Below, in pieces: positions 52,705 through 64,000 of a DNA stretch of 64,000 nucleotides; the first letter of the stretch is position 1; each line of letters opens with the position of its first letter. Under the pieces are notes generated by a model that did no database searches, had not been told where the DNA came from, and worked only from the letters and a program-made list of their open reading frames with translations. This stretch comes from Octopus vulgaris (lineage: Eukaryota): NCBI GenBank assembly GCA_951406725.2, contig OX597815.1:54498001-54562000 (forward strand). The letters are read 5' to 3'. The position numbers were made by a program, and so were the translations under genes.

Positions 52705-53668
52705 CAGTAGTTTTATTTTTATATCGTGCTTTCACTTCACTACCGATCGCAGCTCCGAGTCACTTGGGTAGTGCTGTGGTTTGTTTTGATGCTTTTATGG
52801 TTACTGTATTGAAAGTGTTTTGCGTAGGATGTGTGCAGTGCTCAGTAGAGCAATTTTCTGTATGTTATATATATTTGTGAGTCCTGATGTTTTTGTTATG
52901 TATTTGTCTGAACTTTTTTACCATACCTAATGCGCCTACTATGATAGGAATTGTTTCAGTTTTTAGATTCCACATTCTAGTTACCTCTATTTCCAGGTCT
53001 TTGTATTTTGAAAGTTTCTCCATTCCTTTTAGCGAAACGTTGTCATCTTCTGGTATTGATACATCATTAGAAAGCATTTTTTTCTTCATGATCTCTGACA
53101 ACTATATCTGGCCTATTGGCCTTAATTTCTCTATCTGTGTGTATTGGCATATCCCAAAGTATGGTTGCTTTCTAGTTTTCTGTGACCTTTCTAGTTTTCT
53201 GGTGAGTGTCTATACCATCTTTTTTCTGTTGTTATTCCATAGTGTTGGCATAGCTTCCAGTGTATGTAGGTCCCAACACTGTCGTGTCTTTGAGTATATT
53301 CCTTCTTAGCCAAGACTGGGCAGACAGAGATAATATGATTTATTGTTTCTTGTCCATCTCCACCTATTCTGCAGTTACTTGTTATGTTTGTTTTCATTAT
53401 ATGTTTTTCGTCATTTCTGGTGGGGAGGCTTTGGTCTTGTGCTGCAATTAAAAATCCCTCCGCCTCTGCTTTGAGTCCTGAGCTTCTCAACCATTGCTGG
53501 GATTTTTCTCTGTTTATTTCTTTTGCATTTTGTTTACTTCAGTATTTGAAATGAATGGGTTTTTCTTGGCATCATTTTATCATGGTCCGTTGCTGTTCTA
53601 GTTTTAGTTTGGTTTTCAATTGTTTTATAGCTTTTGTTGTTTCTTCTTCATATTTGTTAGGTGGCATG
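52705..53668 (-). mobile_element. R4/Dong-clade non-LTR retrotransposon 3' fragment (CCHC plus restriction-like endonuclease) in (TAA)n
   Basis: GLKAEAEGFLIAAQDQSL, CRI(G)GDGQETINHIISVC, RHDSVG, RPDI...DVSIP...KLSKYKDL...IPIIVGALG. (TAA)n on both sides in element orientation. Confidence 0.88.
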
Positions 53669-53754
<86 letters not shown>

Positions 53755-53756
53755 CC

Positions 53757-55846
<2,090 letters not shown>

Positions 55847-55854
55847 TGATGATG

Positions 55855-55949
<95 letters not shown>

Positions 55950-55950
<1 letters not shown>

Positions 55951-56479
55951 GGCCAGACATCATATTGAAAGACTTCAAACAAAGAACATGCCTCCTCATT
56001 GATATGACTGTCCCAATCGATATAAACGTATCTGTCAAGACCTACCAAAAACTGAGCAAATATAAAGATCTTGAAATAGAAATCAGCAAAATGTGGTACC
56101 TGAAGACTAAAACAATACCTGTTGTCATAGGTGCCCTGGGAATGATAGCAAAAGGGGCTGATAGCTACCTAACTCAGATACCAGGAAACCCAAAAATGGC
56201 AGAAATTCAAAAGATAGTGCTCATGAGAACTGCTCATATCCTACGCAAAATACTTTCTATGTAATCTCAAGGTTTAAAACAAACATAATTTCCGGTTTTA
56301 AAAACAAAAAAAAAATTTTTTTTTTTTTTAGACATTCATTAGTACAACACCAAAAACTCCCCCAAATATATGGCACACTAGGCATAACAACAACATGAAC
56401 TTCCAACCTGTTGTCTCTTGAGGTCTCTGGGTGAGACTTGGAGCCATCTTATACAAATATAAAGCAAAAGTCAAACATA

Positions 56480-56480
<1 letters not shown>
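55950..56480 (+). mobile_element. R4/Dong-clade 3' fragment (RLE endonuclease plus 3'UTR) in (AAT)n
   Basis: RPDIILKDFKQRTCLLIDMTVP...QKLSKYKDLEIEISKMW...IPVVIGALG...TAHILRKIL*. (AAT)n on both sides. Confidence 0.9.
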
Positions 56481-56577
<97 letters not shown>

Positions 56578-56640
56578 GTAAGAGTAATAGTAACAATAAT
56601 AATAATAGTAATAGTAATAATAATAATAATAGTAATAGTA

Positions 56641-56676
<36 letters not shown>

Positions 56677-56685
56677 GTAATAGTA

Positions 56686-56736
<51 letters not shown>

Positions 56737-56751
56737 GTAATAGTAATAGTA

Positions 56752-56793
<42 letters not shown>

Positions 56794-56809
56794 GTAATAA
56801 TAATAATAA

Positions 56810-57906
56810 AATGCCCTGATGCAGTACCAGGCAGTGGCTCTCATGGCTTCTGATCTTAACTGATTGGAAGTGTTATCATGTACTTAGTTTTGTCTTGGTA
56901 TAAAAGATGGGCTACAGCAAATATTCTGCTCAATACCACAGATTTGCTTGTCAGTTGTTTGACCTTAACCAGTTGAGCATGTCCCTTAGTGGCTGACGAT
57001 ATGTGCATCTCTGATCACGAGCAGAAGTAGTGGGGGAGCATCATAGCCATGTGTTGAGAGGGATTCTTTGGGGTTTGAATAGTTCACCTCTGGAAACATG
57101 GGTGGTTCTTTCAACATCCTTAAACAACCCTTATTCAGGGACCGTTTGAGCGGGATGGGCTACTCAACCTGAAGAAAATTCTAACTGGGCCCCACCTGCA
57201 AGGTCATGTGCTGTTTATCTTGATATGAGATCACCATGTCGCGCACATATGGTTGTGATGCATGTGCCTAGTGTACCTTTATCAGACGGGTAGTCATGAT
57301 GGGTATATTGGGCTTCGTATATTTTACCCCAGTGTCACTTTGATGGCATGAACTGCTCTCTCACTCAATAATAATAATAATAAATGCCATGATGCAGTAC
57401 CAGGCAGCGGCTCTCATGGTTTCTTAACTGATTAGAACTGTTATCATGGGCTACAGCAGATATTCTGCTCAATACCACAGATTTGCTTGTCAGTTGTTTG
57501 ACATTAACCATTTGCGCATGTCCCTTAGTGGCTGACGATATGTGCATTTCTAATCACGAGCAGAAGTAATGGAGGAGCATCATAGCTATGTGTTGAGAGG
57601 GATTCTTTGGGGTTTGAATAATTCACCTCGGGAAACATGGGTGTTTCGTTCAACATCCTTAAACAACCCTTATTTAGGGACCTTTTGAGCGGGATAGGTT
57701 ACTCGACCAGAAGAAAATTCTAACTGGGCCCCACCTGCAATGTCATGCGCCGTTTATCATGATATGAGGTCACCATGTCGCGCACTTAAGGTTGTGATAC
57801 ATCCGCCTGGTGTACCTTATCAGACGGGTAGTCATGATGGGTATACCAGGCTTCGTATATTTTACCCCAGTGTCACTTTGATGGCATGCACTGTTCTTTC
57901 ATTCAC
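56810..57906 (+). mobile_element. Two tandem copies (~555 and ~525 bp) of a non-coding interspersed repeat, each ending in (AAT)n
   Basis: aatgcc.tgatgcagtaccaggcag...gtgtcactttgatggcatg...cact(c)aataat at 56810-57366 and 57383-57906. A third partial copy is inverted at 62810-63065. Confidence 0.85.
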
Positions 57907-57989
<83 letters not shown>

Positions 57990-58049
57990 TATACTTTGTT
58001 AAAATTCGTTTGTTGGTCAGTTTTCTTACCGTTTTACCAATATATATAT

Positions 58050-59337
58050 ATGTATATACATAAATGTGTAATCGTGTCTGTCTGTCTGTCTGTGTGTTTG
58101 GGATTACTCTAACTCTTTCCACACCGTCCAACCGATTTTAATGATTTTTGGCACATACGTAGATCACATGCCCTGAAGTTCAAATAAGGCCGGAATTTAT
58201 CGGAAACTTCATAATGCTCAGTTGGCATCGATTTTTGTGAGCTCAATCGGGCGTTTATTTTTCCTGCAGCTCTTCCATTTTTAATCCGATTTTGATAAAA
58301 ATCGATGAGTGAGCGAGGCTCATGGCAATGAGTTGATGCCAGTATATGGCTGTGACAAAAATTCGATTATTGCGTCTGAGCAGTAGTTTTATAAAATCAA
58401 TAGACTTTTTGCGTGCAAATACCCATAGGGAATTTATTTTTGGCCATAACTTTATATTTTTTATCCGATTTTAATGAAATCTGAGATGTAGGTAAATTTT
58501 CTGGTGGGGAAAAGGTAAAAGTATTTATTTAATTTTAAACAGCTTGAAAAGGGCATAAATGCAAATATGCATTTCCTTAAAGACATTCGTATCGATTTTG
58601 TAGAAATTTTACCCGTGATTACAGTTCATGTCAATTAGTTGATGCCGGCATGAAGAGTTGACAAAATATCGATAATTGCGCGTGAGCGGTGGATTTTAAG
58701 AAATCAATAGGAGACATATTGCATGCAATTACCCATAGGATTACTATTTTATACTGTAACAGAATTCATCGATTTTGATGAAATTTGACATTTAGGTAAA
58801 GGTTATAGTCGGTGTCATGTTGTAGAATTAAAATTAAAGGCAGAAATCGTCAAAATTCACTCACAAAAAAATAATGAACTGATTTTGAAGAAAATTGACC
58901 CATGAGTAAAATTAAGCATTTCGACATATGAAACATCAATTATTCATATAATGTATTGGGATTTAAAAGTTAATGGGATATTTTCATGTAAATGGTCACA
59001 TGGATTCTATTTTATGACATAATCTTAACATTTTCCTTTGCATTTTGCTGAGATTGGACACGCTGATCAATTTTGTACAGAGGGTGGCATTAAGGGGAGA
59101 GAAATAAATAAACAACTCCCAGCGGATCGAGGTACACCCAAAAGTTTGACTGCGATTTCAGACGGTCCAGTATGTAGGAGTATGTTGAAAGCGTTAAGCG
59201 GGTAAAATCCCTGCCGAACCAGATATAACGTCTTAATGGGTAATAGTTGTCACGGGGAACGTAGATTTCAATACAAAGTCAAAGGTGGACCTAACTTCAA
59301 CATGGAAAACACGAGCAACGCCCAATCCAACAGCTAG
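58050..59337 (+). mobile_element. Non-autonomous Helitron with internal repeats
   Basis: 5' (TCTG)n followed by ccgattttaatga modules repeated internally. 3' end acgagcaacgcc...cagCTAG|T resembles the Helitron end at 6982. Confidence 0.6.
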
Positions 59338-59447
59338 TGTATATATATAACGGGAAGCTTTATGAAAATAGACAAAAGACGAAGGCAGGTGGAAAACAAA
59401 CAAACAATTGTATTAGTATGGCGCTCAGGAAATAAAAATAAAACAAG

Positions 59448-59485
59448 TCTTTAACGTTTCGAGCCTACGCTCTTCAACAGAAAGA
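59448..59485 (-). ncRNA. Minimal hammerhead variant (CUGUUGA core) in a PLE terminal fragment (59345-59520)
   Basis: UCUUU-CUGUUGA-A-GAGC-guag-GCUC-GAAAC-GUU-AAAGA. Confidence 0.65.
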
Positions 59486-59533
59486 TACACAGAGAGAAAA
59501 AAAACATAGAAAGAAGGAGTGTATATATATATA

Positions 59534-59599
<66 letters not shown>

Positions 59600-60145
59600 T
59601 ATACTAGAGTAAATACTATTACGACTGTAATAATATTAACATAATTGCACATGGTGAGTATGACATGTACATACAGCGCGCTGTTATGAATAGATATACA
59701 TATATTGATTTCATACGTTATGTCAATAAACATGTATATAACCTAACTGTGAAAATGTAACCTATTGACTTTCCAACGACAGGAAAGTTTGATAGTTACA
59801 TATTTATTTAAACTCAGTAGCTTTCGTCTATTTCATCTTCCACTAGCTGATGTTCAGAAAATTGCAAGGACTTATAAACATATGAAACAAAGTAGTAAAG
59901 GCATAAAGTGCAAGGTTGGCAGTTGTAATTTAATAAAACCGTCACTTACACAAGAATTATGTAAATGGCAAATATATACGATATCTTATTAAAGACATAT
60001 CACGTCTTCTCGTTAAAATATAGCTGTGGGGAATCTACAAAGTCTTTCAAAGCTAAGAGAGTGTGTAGTTTCCGATTCATTTGCCCCGTAAGTTAAATTA
60101 TCTTATAATTATTAATTGTTACGAAGCAAATAATACATATATATA

Positions 60146-62509
60146 CCGTATTTGGGGGTAGATTATACGCGCTTTTCTTACTTTTAAATGTCTGATGGGG
60201 CTGTATAACGGATGGAAGACCAAACGCCGTATGCTAGTGAGCCGGACGAGCTCAATGGGTAAGTTCCCTAGGCACAGAAATTGTAGCTAATAATAAAATA
60301 ATGAAAACAAACCAATTTATGACAGTAAATTGAGAAACTAATAATAAGATATTGAAAACAAAAGAGCCAAACTGTCAGTCTGTTATCACAAACTTACGAA
60401 AAATTGCTTACGATACGTCGGCAGTTATGAAGGAAGCTCACATTATCTCATCTCACTTACCTCCTTTCCCAGCATACGTAACCCACATCTTATATATGTA
60501 TTACATTATTTAATGACTGGGTTACCTTTTAAGAAACATTTGTTTATTATCTAAATGAAAAATGCTTCGAGAAATTTGAAAGGAATGTTAATAAATTTCC
60601 ATTCGCCTGACAGTCACTTGCAATGATCAGATCAGAGGATGTGTCGCAAGCTTCGCTTTTACAACAACGCATCCTTCATGTTGTTTTCCTTTCTTGGTCA
60701 TTCATTTGTGTTTAGCTCTTTTATTCTTTTTTCCCCTATTTTCCATATTGTGGCCTGTCGCGGTAACACAAAACAACACATCCAGAAATACGTGATTCAC
60801 ATCCTGTACAGCAGTTCTGTTACCCAAAATATAAACAACTATACAACTAAAGGGAGGCAAGAGTTCGGGTACTGTTTCCCACAATGTGCCAATAAGTTTA
60901 TTTGCGGTAAATTTCGTATAAAATCTAAACCCATGGCTGAAAAAACAGAAAAGGTACTACAAGAACATCAAATTTAAACTAAATGACGTAGCATATGCAA
61001 GAGACCATCGTAATAGGGCAGCTGCTCGATGTTTTGACCGGCCACCAACCGAGTAAACAGTAAGGACTTGGAGGAAACAAGAGCAGATGAAAGCTGCTAA
61101 ACATAGAGAACGCTGCCCCGTAGCGAAGTTGTAAAGTGGTGTGAGCTAGAAGAATTAGAAACATGGTTTTTAGACCAAACAATGATCAGCATTTTCAGTA
61201 TCCATTAAAATGATTATAGCAATGAACAGAGATATCAATGGTTTTCCAGATTTATGAGGAGAAATAACCTATGTGTAAGGGCTAGGACAAGAATAGCACA
61301 ACAAATGGCCCCTGAAACCGAAGATCGAATACTTAAGTTTCAAAGGCATGTTATTAATGCAAGAAAACAAGTTAATTTTGAACTTTCACAGATGTCAAAT
61401 ATAGACAAAGACTCTTTGATATTAATGTACCATCAAACAAGGCAGTCAGTAGAAACCAAAGGTGCTAAAACTGTGACTATCAAAACATATTGCCATGAAA
61501 AGACACACTACACAGTTGTATTAGCATGCTGGACTGATAGCACAAAATTACCACCTTTTTCAATTTTAAAGGAAAATCATTGCCTAAAGAAAGAATACCC
61601 AACGGTATTTATGTTCATTTCCACTCAAATGGTTGGATGGATGAGGGAGGAACAAAATTTTGGCTTGATAAAGTGTGGTTCAGGGATCCTGATGGGCTAT
61701 TAAAGAAATCTGCCTTAATTAGTTTGGGACCAATTTGGGGCTCATAGAACTGAGTTTATTAAGAGGAAACTTGAAGAACTGAGGTCTGTAATTTCAGGTG
61801 GCCTAACCAGCCAGTTTTAGCCTTTAGCTTTAAAAGTTTCATGCAGAGGAGTGGAGCAAGTGGATGCAGTCTTCACATTTTGAAGTGACACCACCAGGAA
61901 GAAGGAAAAGGCCTACGCATAAGTGTGTAAGTGGGTAAGTGGGTAAAAAGTTCGTGGAATGCTGTAAAAGAAGAGGTAATTATGAAATTATTTTTAAAAT
62001 GTGGCATTAGTAAGGCCCTTGATGGTACTGAGGACGATTTATTGTTTGAAGAAGATATTGATGAGCCAGATCCTATTGCAGAGAATTCCAGTGATAAAGA
62101 GAATACCGGTAATACGGATGGTAACAGCGAGAATGAATAAGTGCAACTATTTATATGAATTCATCACATTTACTGTACGTTGCTGATTGGTTTCTACCAC
62201 TTCTTATCAGTATATTTGTTTTTGGTTTGTATGTACCAGGATTCATTGATACCAATGTATATTTCTTTTTTTGCTATGGCAAATTTAATTCACTTCCTTT
62301 AAAGGTAAGTGTAAAGTTCCATATGATTTCACGCTTTATTTCAGTATACTGTCACAATATTTTATTTCATGCACAGAATCATACAATTTTCCCAACAAAA
62401 CCACTTTAAAATATCTGTCAATAAATCTATGATGTAACATACTGAAGTTGCTCTTTTCCGCAAAATATCCTTCTGAAATAGGGGTGCGTCCAGTGCGCCA
62501 ACAAATGCG
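60146..62509 (+). mobile_element. Degenerate pogo/Tigger-family DNA transposon
   Basis: TA|CCGTATTT...AAATGCGG|TA termini. Transposase remnants MRRNNLCVRARTRIAQ...KGAKTVTIKT..HEKTHYTVVLAC..DSTKLPP, GWM, WDQFGAH, GGLTSQF.PL, WVKSSWNAV...FLKCGISKALDGTEDD. Confidence 0.88.
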
Positions 62510-62777
62510 GTAATTATATTTATCCATCAGTCCGTCCGTCAGTCCATCCGTCCGTCCATCCATCCATCCATCCATCCATCCATCCATCCATCCATCCATC
62601 CATCCATCCATACCTGTGTGTGTATGTACAGATGTATGTATGTATGGATGGGTGGATGGATGGATGGATGGATGGATGGATGGATAAATATAATTACCGC
62701 ATTTGTCGGTGCATGGACGCACCCCTATTTCAGAAGGATATTTTGCAGAAAAGAGCAATTTCAGTATGTTACATCAT
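62429..62777. repeat. Fold-back duplication of the pogo right end plus (CCAT)n/(ATGG)n
   Basis: atgatgtaacatactgaa...gcggtaattatatttatccatc(CCAT)n ... (GGAT)n ataaatataattaccgc...cagtatgttacatcat. Confidence 0.9.
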
Positions 62778-64000
62778 GTATATATGTATGAATGTATGTA
62801 TGTATGTATGAGTGAGAGTGCAGTGTGTGCCATCAAAGTGACACTGGGACACAAATACACGAAGCCCAGTATACCTATCATAACTACAACGGTCTGTTAA
62901 GAGTGCACCAGGCAAATGCACAACACCCACATGTGTGCAACATGGTGATCTCATGTCACGATAAATAGCACTTGACTCTGAAGGTGGGACCCAGTTATAA
63001 TTTTATTCATGTTGAGTAGCCTGTTCCGCTCAAACGGTCCTTGCATAAGGGTTATTTAAGGATGCCACTCTGAGAGGTCAATAAGTCAGCAACTATTGTG
63101 AAAGGTTTGGTTGTGTGTGTGTATGTGTGTTTGCATGTATACGTAGATGGAGAGATCAATAGTGAGTGAGCTGAATGGGTGTGGCTGTATGTGTATGTGC
63201 GTGCATGAGAGGGAGAAAGGAGTGAGGTGGAGTTATGTGGGTGTGTGTTGGTATAGCTAAGAGTATGGGTATTATGTGTTTGTCTGTGTGTGTGCGCGTG
63301 TGTGGGAGTGCATGTGTGTGTGTGTTCGCACGGGGAGTGTACTTATTGTGTGTGTGTGCGCGCACGCTTGTGGATGTATGTGGTGTGTGGTATGGTGTGA
63401 GTGTGTTGTTTGATAGGGCGTGGGTGTATGAGTGGTGTGTGTATTGTATCGTAGGGTGTGATTGTGGTGTGTAATAGAGTGTAAGAGGCGGGATGACAAG
63501 GGTGTGTGCACGTTAGTGTTGTTATTAGAGTATATGAGTTTGTCGGTGTGCCTATGGATATGTGTGTATATGTGAGTGTGTGTATATGTACGTATGAGTG
63601 TGTGGGGAGCCGCTATGTGTGTGGGTGTGTATATGTGCATATGTATAATATGCCTCTGTAGGTGTGCGTGTGGCCGTGCATGTGTATGTGTATGAGTGTG
63701 TATGGCGTTGTGTGTGTGTGGATGTATATGTGAGTGTGAGTCCATGCGTATGAAGGTGTGTATATGTGAAAAAAGTTAATTGAAAATACAAGTTAAAATT
63801 TTTTTTAAAAAACATGAGAAAACGAAGGAATAATAAGAATAAAGAATAATACAACATAAAAAAATCAAATTAAAAATAGTAAAAAAGGAAAGAGATTATC
63901 TTGAAGCAACAAGTCGCATATTTGGCGTGAGAAACTATTTATCGAAAATACGATGGACACTATCTCCAAGTTTGGAGCCACAATTATCATCCCTATTAAA

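Overview
Eukaryotic, AT-rich, microsatellite-dense DNA. The SINE families and the (AT)n/(AAT)n load look like an octopod cephalopod genome (inference). The only clear host gene is a 3-exon, minus-strand, secreted GPx3/5/6-type glutathione peroxidase (50518->36154, 211 aa). It has Cys (TGT) at the Sec position, Met in place of the catalytic Gln, and a probable fossil SECIS in its 3'UTR. The rest is mostly mobile DNA: three Penelope-like elements (two Naiad-type, one Neptune-type), a full-length Tx1/L1-clade LINE inserted into a tRNA-SINE head, two stacked ORF1-only Tx1 derivatives sharing one target site, two R4/Dong fragments in (TAA)n, pogo, mariner, Chapaev3 and Helitron relics, a possible solo LTR and many SINEs. 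The main hidden signal is about a dozen minimal type I hammerhead ribozyme motifs from unrelated repeat families. They include a ~420-bp tandem retrozyme-like array and an intact hammerhead in the sense strand of GPx intron 1. Long fold-back inverted repeats are frequent. Most listed ORFs are microsatellite artefacts. All calls were made by eye; no searches or folding programs were run, and many element boundaries are approximate.
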